Program-made: the position numbers and the translations under genes
Source: Meyerozyma guilliermondii
Lineage: Eukaryota
Reading direction: 5' to 3'
Assembly (NCBI GenBank): GCA_051546255.1
Contig: CP128819.1
Location: 992,001 to 1,056,000 of the forward strand
Length of the DNA stretch: 64,000 bases
Notes under the pieces: model-generated
Database searches by the model: none
What the model saw: only the letters and a program-made list of their open reading frames with translations
Told to the model about the DNA's origin: nothing
In this document: in pieces, positions 55,627 through 64,000 of the stretch
Numbering within the stretch: position 1 is the stretch's first letter
How the letters are laid out: every line of letters begins with the position of its first letter

Positions 55627-56925
55627 ATGGACAGGTTCCAGTCACTTTCGCTCCACGAAACGCTGCAAGATGACTATATGGACATAGACAATTACGGATA
55701 TGTTCCCGGAGACGACTCAACTTACCTGCAAGATGCAGAAATTGAAGGGTCTTCTGGAGATATTCACCGTGGTCTAGGCGGTTCTTCTACACCACTTCGC
55801 TATGATAGCGATACAGATGAGGAACTAGAAGTTGCACCAGGTTCCGACGGTCAGGAAAATAGCACTTTTGAGGGCTCAGATCACGAATCCACCAGTTTTC
55901 TTGCTGGTATACTTTCTCCAACTGAACTAGGTGCTCGTTTAGCAGTTGGCAAACAACTTTTATTGCCTGCTCCGGGAGATAATATTACGGCAGAGGGTTC
56001 AGAAGACGAAACCGATCGAGAAAATCAAAACGATAGCGTTGACTATGAGTTCGATACGTCCAAAAATGCAACCGCTCTTGCCAAGGTTCCTCCAAAAAAC
56101 CTTAGTGTTTTCCAAGACAAGGTTGAACGTCTGTTTTTCAAGCAGGACTCTCCGGTAACTCATTCTTTTGGGTCTCAATCTCAATCTTTGGGCAATTTGG
56201 GCACACAGAGCGTGGGGTCTGGTAACAGTTATCATCTCAATGGAGTCCAGGTACACCACCACCATTATTATTACAATCCTTTCGAGTCGAAAATACGCCA
56301 AAGGGATACGCAATTGAAGTCAAAGAAACGACAAACTTCGCAAATTTCCCATTCAAAGTCTACGCCAATTTCTAGCCAAGTATCACAGATCCTGAAACAA
56401 GAAACTTTGCAGATACCTAGACACGATATCATCATGCCCCATCCTTGGGATCGCCGGTCGAGTCCTCAGGTCCGCACAGTGTATGTATTGTCGCTGTACC
56501 TTCAGCTTGTCGTTAATATGGCTGCGATTTTATTGGGAGCATACATTGTCTACAGTATTATTACCACCATTAAGCATGATATTGGCGAAAAATTACAACA
56601 GGAAGCATCTCACCGGCTTGTGGAAATGGCTGCTTGTCGTCGTGCTTACCACGAGAATCAATGTGATCCAGAAACCATTGTTCCTGCCATGGAACAGGCA
56701 TGTGCACATTGGCAAAAATGTATGAACCAGGATCCATTTAGTGGTGGGAACATGTCCCTGGTAAGTGCTCATACTCTCGGTATGATAGTCAATTCTTTGA
56801 TTGAACCATTAGGGTTTAAAGTGTTGGTGGTGGTGTTATCGTTCACGGTGGTTGTGTTTGGTTGCAACTTTGGATTCGGGTACTTGCGGGCCAAAGCGTA
56901 CTGGGGAAATGAAGGGAAGAATTAG
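55627..56925 (+). CDS. BRL1: Nuclear envelope protein of the Brl1/Brr6 family
   Basis: Two TMs flanking CRRAYHENQC...PAMEQACAHWQKCMNQDP (four Cys); HHHHYY motif. Confidence 0.88.
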   Translation: MDRFQSLSLHETLQDDYMDIDNYGYVPGDDSTYLQDAEIEGSSGDIHRGLGGSSTPLRYDSDTDEELEVAPGSDGQENSTFEGSDHESTSFLAGILSPTELGARLAVGKQLLLPAPGDNITAEGSEDETDRENQNDSVDYEFDTSKNATALAKVPPKNLSVFQDKVERLFFKQDSPVTHSFGSQSQSLGNLGTQSVGSGNSYHLNGVQVHHHHYYYNPFESKIRQRDTQLKSKKRQTSQISHSKSTPISSQVSQILKQETLQIPRHDIIMPHPWDRRSSPQVRTVYVLSLYLQLVVNMAAILLGAYIVYSIITTIKHDIGEKLQQEASHRLVEMAACRRAYHENQCDPETIVPAMEQACAHWQKCMNQDPFSGGNMSLVSAHTLGMIVNSLIEPLGFKVLVVVLSFTVVVFGCNFGFGYLRAKAYWGNEGKN

Positions 56926-57287
56926 GAATAAGGAATAAGGAAAGAATAAGGAAAAATTGAGAGTAATGAAGGAATAAGGAAAGAATAAGGAAAGGGGAGA
57001 AAAGATATCAGAATCGGTTATCGACATTTTCAGGTGCTTTGACTTGAGAAGCTAAGGCTTTCTTTCACTCTTAAGCTGAGCTTTTATCGAAGCGCACCTT
57101 TGATGCTCCTGATCACAATGGAAGAAAAATTGCTGAAGAAACTGTGGGGGTAAAAATGACTGAAACTATCGCCAAAAATCTGAAAGAAGATAAGCTCGAG
57201 ATGGAACATGAGTTTTATGTGGCTATTATCACGTTTCATTATGGCTGGACAGCACTTCTCGCTCCTGAAAAGATTAAGGATTATATG

Positions 57288-57885
57288 TGGTTCATGGAAT
57301 GTTGGATGCTGATGAAGAGTTCTTCAAGAAGACTGGTGAGCCATTGTTCTCGTCGCACATGTTGGATTTGTCTGAAGAATCCGATGAGGAGAACATTGGT
57401 GGTGAAGAAGATGGTGTCAACAACGAACGTGCAAAAGGAATCGTTGTACACTTTGCCAGAAACCGTATACAAGGTTTACGAGCTCTTTCCCCAATTGGTC
57501 CAAACTTTTCCATTGCCGCTGCTTTCGGTAACGTGCACGGTGTCTACAAGCCAGGTAATGTGCAATTGAAGCCGGAAATCGTGGGTGAGCACCAAAAGTG
57601 CGCTAAGGAACAAGCCATTGTTTTTGGTTTTCCATGGTGGATCCGGTTCGTCGCAACAGGAATTCGACACCGCCATCACCCACGGTGTGGTCAAGGTCAA
57701 CTTGGACACTGACTGTCAATACGCCTACCTCAGCGGTGTTTGTGACTACATTTTGAAGAAGCAAGACTACCTCAAGCAGTTGGAAACCCAGATGGAGATG
57801 GCAAGCCCATCAAGAAGTACTTTGACCCTAGAGTGTGGGTCAGAGAAGGTGAGAAGATGAATCAACGAGGCTTTGGAGATTCACT
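57288..57885 (+). pseudogene. FBA1: Truncated, frameshifted class II fructose-bisphosphate aldolase fragment
   Basis: GMLDADEEFFKKTGEPLFSSHMLDLSEE, GGEEDGVNNE, IAAAFGNVHGVYKPGNV, VFHGGSGS, KVNLDTDCQYAY and KKYFDPRVWVREGEK occur in changing frames. The 5' part of the gene is absent. Confidence 0.95.
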
Positions 57886-58181
57886 ACGACGCTTATAACT
57901 GACATTTTATACGGTATAGTGTAAATTACCTAATTGTTCTGAATACTGAAGCAAGTGAGAAAATGAAATCAATTTTGAGATATTCTGCTTTTGAATTGAG
58001 GTGAATTGCATGGACAGTAGCATGGGATGCCTCTAGTAAGTCATACAATGCCATACAGCCTTTGACTAGACAAGGCATCAAAAAAGACCTTGTCGCATTT
58101 GTACTCTACTTTGACACAAACACAAAAAATATAGCTGTAATACTTTCATTACAACTATATATCTTTGCTATTGATTGCTAA

Positions 58182-58511
58182 ATGAATTTAAAGTTAGGAT
58201 TTATTGTGTTAATCTCTTGTCCAAGCCTGGTCGCATTTTATGCTCCCTTCGGCGAGATGGAGATTAAAATTCCGCTTGACAACTGGATCTGGATTGCAAT
58301 GCTATGCGTGCGTGGTACAAGACTTCGGCTCGGGGTTTTTCGAGGTCACTATCCATTGATCTTAAATGCTCTCAACTTGGTTGCACTTGGCCTATACTTT
58401 GTGCCTAGCTTCTATCAGCTTCAAATTATACGGCCAATCCCAGAATCCAACTGTATGTGGAATTTTAATTTTTGGAAGCAAGTATTGAGCAGACGACTGA
58501 GCAATAAATGA
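58182..58511 (+). CDS. Possible small hydrophobic protein, 109 aa
   Basis: ATG ORF with 2-3 hydrophobic stretches and TATATA just upstream. Family not recognised. Confidence 0.35.
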   Translation: MNLKLGFIVLISCPSLVAFYAPFGEMEIKIPLDNWIWIAMLCVRGTRLRLGVFRGHYPLILNALNLVALGLYFVPSFYQLQIIRPIPESNCMWNFNFWKQVLSRRLSNK

Positions 58512-58580
58512 ATTTGAGCAAACTGACTAGTATTGATAAAGAAAAAACTGCTTCGCGAATTTGCAGCCATTTTATAGAGC

Positions 58581-58628
58581 TGGTGTACGGGTGTATTGGT
58601 GTACTGATGTATTGATGTATTGATGTAT
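58581..58628 (+). repeat. Degenerate telomere-like 8-mer tract, 6 copies
   Basis: TGGTGTAC GGGTGTAT TGGTGTAC TGATGTAT TGATGTAT TGATGTAT. Confidence 0.7.
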
Positions 58629-58973
58629 TGATAAGACGAGAAAGTATAAGAAAAAATCAAGACGAGAATGAAGTAAACGGAAAGTGTAAAGATCTAATTG
58701 AGTAGAAGAGGTGGCGGATCTGCTGTCTGGACACTGCAATAGAGAATCACAGAACTAATTCCGGCTATTCAATGCCGCAGACCCCCAAGTAAGTTTTTAG
58801 TTGAACACTTGCCATCGGCTAGTAATCCACTAAATCCTTCAATGCTCACACACAGAATCGCTAGATGTCTGATGTGAGACTGTTCAGTCATTTAATTTGC
58901 TTTGTCCTGCCGAATCTAAGGCTTTTTTTACGCTTAAGCTGAGCATTTATCGAAGCACTAATATTTTCGAAAA

Positions 58974-59336
58974 ATGACTGAAAAAACTGTGGGTTTAAAG
59001 CTGACTGAAGAAACTATGGGTGAAAACTTGACGGAAGAAACTATGACCGAAACCCTGTATAACGATAAGCTCGAGATGGAGGCAGTGGTTGTTGTGACTT
59101 GGATCATGTTATGGTGTGGCTGGTTAGTACTTCGCGCTGATAACAAGCTTGGGGGTTATATCTGGTTCTGTTCTGCAGCTTTTCATTCAATCGGGGCCGC
59201 AATATGGATAGACATGGTAATCGCTTCCATTCGAAATACGCAGTCACGGAGAAGCATTGAAAATAACTCATTAATGCTTGCCATGTGCCTTGTATCATGT
59301 CTTGCGGTTTTCACTCGCTACTGCCTAGCAGAATAA
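58974..59336 (+). CDS. Small membrane protein of the repeat family, 120 aa
   Basis: Three 27-bp N-terminal repeats (xTEE/KT..), three hydrophobic segments, GGYIWFC, ends AE*. Confidence 0.6.
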   Translation: MTEKTVGLKLTEETMGENLTEETMTETLYNDKLEMEAVVVVTWIMLWCGWLVLRADNKLGGYIWFCSAAFHSIGAAIWIDMVIASIRNTQSRRSIENNSLMLAMCLVSCLAVFTRYCLAE

Positions 59337-59843
59337 TACAAAGATTCTTCGCTTTTGCTATTAATGATATTAGCAGCTTATAAGTGAAATTGAGTATGTT
59401 TATCTCTTTACTAGTACCTTGACATATTAACTGCAAGCTTGTCGCTGTAATGGTACCTACAGACTTTGGCAACTAATGTACTTTACAATTAACCGGCATT
59501 ACCTTTTGGTTTTGCATGATCGGGATCCGGAACCAAATACGAACGGAGGCCAAAATCAGCAGTAATGTGCCTCAACTTTCGGTAGACTCCAAGTCTGCCG
59601 ATAATAGTGCAAGGTCAATTCTAATTAGTCCGGTAAACCTTAAAATGTCAGTTATAAGCGTAGCAGTAAACTTTTGGAGTTACCCCACAATTTGGCTCGA
59701 AGCCGCACATTCGTATGTATGCAGCCTCGTATCGTGCGCATATTCGTGCAGCATCAGTTTTAATCTTTGTCGCTTTTGGTGACTGACTAGCTGCTAAGTA
59801 GTAAATAATTGAGAGGGAAGAATCTTTGAGTTTTATTACTCTG

Positions 59844-60142
59844 CTATACATATCGCATAATATCATAATAAAACATAGCGTAGGCAAAGAAGACTTTAAT
59901 CCAATGTGGCTCCTTATGTCGAATGCAAGCGATTACGAGGTCTGTCCATATTGCAATATTGATCAAATGAAATGCTAACCAGATATAGCCCCCATGCATT
60001 TTACAATGAGAATCATGACAAAAAACATCTTGATCATAGTCACAAAACACACTGCCGTCATCTTGACCTTATGCTTTTTCAGATATTTGGCCTTATCATT
60101 TTTCAAATCTTCGGCCATAGTTTCTTCAGTAGTATTGTTCAT
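59844..60142 (-). pseudogene. Frameshifted member of the small membrane protein family
   Basis: MNNTTEETMAEDLK...AVCFVTMI in one frame and GGYIWLAFHLINIAIWTDLVIACIR in another. Confidence 0.65.
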
Positions 60143-60710
60143 TTATGATCAAATTATCAGAGGTGGGAAACTCAGGTTTTAGTAAACGTATATGACAAAT
60201 AATCTGCCAACCTAAAACGTGAAAGGAAGTGGCAGACTCACAATTATAGCAGGTCAAATTTACCCGAAAATGGCTATCGCACAACTGATTCTGCTATCTT
60301 TTCTACTTGAATTCTTATTCTTTCCGTTTCATGCTCTTCTCAATTTTTCCTTATACTTTCTATTTCAATACTCGTACCCACTTTGAAGACCCAATCCATA
60401 GAAACTGGAACTGAAAACAATCTTGCCCTAATTCCGTTTTTGTAAATGTAAGATACTTGTTTAGTGTAGGTATGTTACTGCTTTAATGCATAAGCGCTCG
60501 CAACTCCAAAGTTTAGAATATTGCAACCAATCTATAAAGAGAAGAAAATTCTCAACAGGGAAATTTAAGCAAACAATTTAAATTACTATAAACTATTATA
60601 GGATCTAAAGGATAAAGCGATTGAATCTAGGAAGATTTTGATCGATCTTTAGGGATCGGATACCTCAAGAGAGACACTATATAGTGTTGGTGTAGATTCC
60701 ACATAGCTCA

Positions 60711-60736
60711 CAGTACACCACTACACCACTACACCC
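60711..60736 (-). repeat. Degenerate telomere-like tract, 3 copies
   Basis: Minus strand reads GGGTGTAG TGGTGTAG TGGTGTAC TG. Confidence 0.5.
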
Positions 60737-61005
60737 ACGGTGAAGGATATCATCACGTGCGAACGCTGCCTATTATGAAGAGAGAGAATAAGGACAGTGT
60801 AAGGAAAAATTGAGAAGAGAATGAAGTAAACGGAAAGTATAACGATCTAATTGAGTATAAAGATTACAGGTAGGCTGAACGCTTTGATAGAAGCTTCCAC
60901 TTTCTTTCGGTTTGGCAGATTATTGTCGTATACATTTACTTAAAAACTGGGCTTCGCAGCCACCTTTGATAATTTCGAATCGACAAAATTTTGACTGAAC
61001 AAACC

Positions 61006-61479
61006 ATGGCGACTCTGAGTCGCCGGAGCCTCCTATTGAAAGAAAAAATTCTTAGAAAATATGAAGAAAAAAAACGCCAGAGGAAATCCCTTGATGTCGG
61101 ACTCCAGGAGGAATGCCCTGATGAAGTCATAAGAACGAATAAACGTTGGAGTTATTTCTGGTTTTGTTTTGCATTGTTTGTGATATGTAAAAAAGTGGTG
61201 GATACAGTAAGGGCTTCCCGTGAGCCATTAAAAATTATACTCAGGTTTATTTGTGTTGTGACATGCGTTGTGACATGTTGCATCACTTTCAATTACTTCT
61301 GCCCATCACGGAAGATAACTATATCCGGAATTATCGATTTACCACTCCACCCACAGTATTTAACTGATGGTGAAGTTTTTCAGGTAATTAGTATGTTAAT
61401 TTTATTAACTTGCCCATCCCGGAAGAGCACAGAGAAGAATGAAATCAAAAACGAAAAGGATGAAATCAAAAAGGAATAG
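61006..61479 (+). CDS. Divergent member of the small membrane protein family
   Basis: Family leader upstream; NKRWSYFWFCFALFVIC aligns to NKLGGYIWFC / EMFGGYVWLCCIAIHVIC. The tail runs into a GATGAAATCAAAAAGGAATA repeat. Confidence 0.45.
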   Translation: MATLSRRSLLLKEKILRKYEEKKRQRKSLDVGLQEECPDEVIRTNKRWSYFWFCFALFVICKKVVDTVRASREPLKIILRFICVVTCVVTCCITFNYFCPSRKITISGIIDLPLHPQYLTDGEVFQVISMLILLTCPSRKSTEKNEIKNEKDEIKKE

Positions 61480-61855
61480 ATGAAAACGAAAAGGAAATAG
61501 ATGAAATCAAAAAGGAATATGCTGAGGTAAAATTACTTTGTGTATAGAATGACTAGAAATGGTGGATCACCGTTCATTTTTTCTCGTTTTTGTCTTTAGT
61601 AATGTATGTTCTTCCCACATACTGTTCATGAAAGAAGAGAGAGCAGAAGGTTTAAGAAAAAACGAGAGAATGAAGGAAAGGAAAGTATAAGGAAAAATGG
61701 AGAAAAGATAGCAGAATCAGTTATCTCAGAGTCTTTTTCAGGTTCTTTGACCTTCGAAAGCTTCCACTTTCTTTCGCGGCTCTAGGTTTGGCAGATTATT
61801 TGCTGTATACGTTTACTTAAAACCCGAGTTTCGCAGCGACCTAAAGGAAGAAAAA

Positions 61856-62173
61856 ATGCTTGAAATTGTGAAGGCAATCTTGACTGAAGAAACTAAGCAA
61901 AGCGACATGCTAAAGTTGCAGGGTATGTACCTTTTTACTACTATGATATGGTTTCTTAGCTGGGTAGTACTTCAGGCTGATGAAATGTTTGGAGGATATG
62001 TCTGGTTGTGTTGTATAGCGATTCATGTGATATGTACTGGTTTTTGGTTAAACATTGTAAAGGATTCCCCTCGATATGAGGATCCATGGTGTATGAATTA
62101 TAGCTTACTTTGTCTTATTGGGTGGCTTGTGTCATGTTATGGGGTTTACGATGTCTACCGCCAAGCAGAGTAA
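61856..62173 (+). CDS. Small membrane protein of the repeat family, 105 aa
   Basis: LTEET, WVVLQADEMFGGYVWLC, LVSC, ends AE*; colinear with 58974-59336. Confidence 0.6.
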   Translation: MLEIVKAILTEETKQSDMLKLQGMYLFTTMIWFLSWVVLQADEMFGGYVWLCCIAIHVICTGFWLNIVKDSPRYEDPWCMNYSLLCLIGWLVSCYGVYDVYRQAE

Positions 62174-63188
62174 TACAACTATAAAGATTCTTCGTTACAT
62201 CGTTTAGTACTTATATTTGCAGCTAGTCAGTGAATTGATATGTTTATCTTTAGTAATTGTATTTTTCGTCAGCGTACTGCCCCTTTTAAACAGCATAGCT
62301 TTCTATTTGGTTGCAAATTCAGCCGCACGCTGCGGCCTAACGATAAGAGGCTGCATATATACGAAGGTGTGGCTTTTACCGAGACAAATTGTACACCAGT
62401 ACACCAAAGGATTCCTTATGACCGACCTTTTCACAGTATCACTCTAGAGCTCTTAATACTTTAAGCAAGTGATGCCAATGAACAATTTCAAGAGATTATA
62501 TCAAGTATTCTACTTCTAGGATTTAGGTGATAAAAGACCATTGATCGTAGGTTTTGTTGGTGTTATATGCAGGAATTCCCGGATCTTGAAATCCTACCAG
62601 GTCTGACATAATCAATTATTAAGTAATTCTAATTTAGGAAGTGGAAGTTTGTAGAATTGATGACTATTAACTAATTAGTTAAACGATGATTCTTCATCAT
62701 GGGATGAGCCCATATTTATAGTCAGTCGAGTAGACTGTTTAGGAAGTTTCCGAAAATATTTCCAAAGAGTGAACCGATTCCGATTCTTCCTCATTGGGTT
62801 GAGATTCAGCCGGATCGGTTCATAAGTGTTGATATTCCGTCTCGGCGATCATTGTCTTGAACTAGACGACGACTAATTAGTCTTAGGAGTTCGACGACGA
62901 TATCTTCGTCTTCTATCGTCTAATCCGCTAGATTTGAGAATTGGTGCGGACACCTCATATTTCAACACCGGGTTTAGTGTTATATGCAGTGCCTATGGCT
63001 GCTAATATGTCTATCGATGATAAAGTGATACATCATCAACCCCATTTGATAAGGAGGGTGACCTCTGATCTGCATGCAGATACGGTGGCAAAATTGGTGG
63101 TATCCCCGCTTTGCCAAGCTATAAATATGGGACCCATTCCAGGGGATAAATTCCAATCCTTTATCTCATTAATACTTCTTGATCAGAA

Positions 63189-63638
63189 ATGGAAAATATG
63201 ACACCAGAAAAGGAAGGAATGAACGTAATTGAGCCCGGAACTAAGCCCGGAATTATACCCCAAGCTACGCCCGACTTTCCATATTGGAGAATGTGGCCAT
63301 TTGGGTATATTTCATTAATTTTTTTATATGGGGTCCCATATTTGTTCCATGATTTCTTCGAAGAAAAGATCGATGCTCCGGATGGAGCCGAGCTTACTTG
63401 TTTTATCTGGTGTGCGGTGTTAACTATCGACCAGTTTGGTGCCCTAAAAGCTTCCTTGAAACGTAAGCAATTAAAAAGATTTTTACACGGATTATTCACT
63501 TTGGCTATTTGCTTGTGGGTATCGTACGACTCCCACTATCGGCTAGAACATTCAACGTATGAAACTAGATTTGATGTTTATGCTTCATGTCGAGCTGTGA
63601 TTGTTGCCTTTATCATGAGATATGCTAAGTTCTGGTAA
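63189..63638 (+). CDS. Small multi-pass membrane protein, 149 aa, second tandem family
   Basis: About four hydrophobic segments; TATAAATA about 65 bp upstream; promoter duplicated downstream. Confidence 0.6.
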   Translation: MENMTPEKEGMNVIEPGTKPGIIPQATPDFPYWRMWPFGYISLIFLYGVPYLFHDFFEEKIDAPDGAELTCFIWCAVLTIDQFGALKASLKRKQLKRFLHGLFTLAICLWVSYDSHYRLEHSTYETRFDVYASCRAVIVAFIMRYAKFW

Positions 63639-63914
63639 TTTTGTGTTTGTAATGGCTAGACTTGAAATGAGTGGATCTCCGTTCATTTCTTTTGCTAAAA
63701 TTGGGTATCAAACATTTGCTCTCCTTAGTTAAATATGTTTTCTGATTTATATATGTTTGATACCGTTCGTCTTAGAATGTCTAGATGCTAAAGTGATGCA
63801 TCATCCATCACGGAGAAGTAACCCCGCATTGCCACCAGCTATAAATATGGGTAGCTCGCACCACGTAAATCTCAACCTTCATCTCATTAATACTTCTGAA
63901 TTTTTCGATCAAAA

Positions 63915-64000
63915 ATGGAAAATACGACTACAACAATTACAGCCGTGACTCTGGATGACTGGAGAGCAGACTTGAATGCAACACTATTACTGATTGTAGA
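63915..64000 (+). CDS. Start of a probable paralog (MENTTTTITAVT...), runs off the window
   Basis: Same upstream blocks (AAAGTGAT.CATCATC, GCTATAAATATGGG, ATCTCATTAATACTTCT, GATCA.AAATGGAAAATA) as the 63189 gene; frame open to the edge. Confidence 0.5.
   Translation, partial: MENTTTTITAVTLDDWRADLNATLLLIV

Larger units (their letters stand above)
56930..62440. repeat. Five diverged units (purine-rich leader plus small membrane ORF): about 56930-57915 (+), 58640-59410 (+), 59635-60360 (-), 60780-61479 (+), 61660-62440 (+)
   Basis: Shared blocks: TTAAGCTGAGCWTTTATCGAAGC (57071, 58934), TTGGCAGATTATT (60912, 61788, reverse at 60198-60210), GAGAATGAAGTAAACGGAAAGT (58664, 60817), and a CTGAA(G/C)AAAC motif near each ORF start. 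Unit boundaries are approximate. Confidence 0.85.

Noticed and set aside
56930..64000. Autonomous transposon or retrotransposon
   Set aside because: No gag, pol, transposase or helicase ORF, and no clear terminal repeats or target-site duplications. A degenerate LTR origin for the leaders is not excluded.

Overview
Gene-dense chromosomal DNA from a CUG-Ser (CTG-clade) budding yeast. Conserved Ser positions are written CTG, so the supplied translations misread them as Leu. The telomere-like 8-mer TGGTGTAC suggests Meyerozyma guilliermondii or a relative (inference). Bases 1-56925 hold about 33 mostly conserved genes: VPS15, RPS13, AIM7, CDC14, RRG1-like, RTR1, EMP65, COX15, FAT1, PGK1, FES1, MMS4, SEC8, CTR1, two tandem C2H2 factors, RPL15, ADE17, SEC63, NAT5, DAP1, MEX67, SPT14, NIP100, CDC31, MRPL40, RPT4, GCD1, a YJR056C-like gene, SEC22, MON1, RRF1, IPI1 and BRL1, plus two unassigned ORFs. 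Six genes are spliced, several through 40-47 nt introns that the ORF track misses. After base 56925 the sequence turns AT-rich and accessory. It has five diverged, mosaic copies of a unit encoding a small Cys/aromatic membrane protein, interstitial telomere-like tracts, a deletion-riddled FBA1 fragment captured inside one unit, and a second tandem small-membrane-protein family at the right edge. Other points of interest are a probable GC-AG intron spanning the FES1 stop codon, a nested hairpin in the RPS13 intron, and a Naa50 that retains the catalytic motifs. All calls are by eye and from recalled family sequences; no searches were run.
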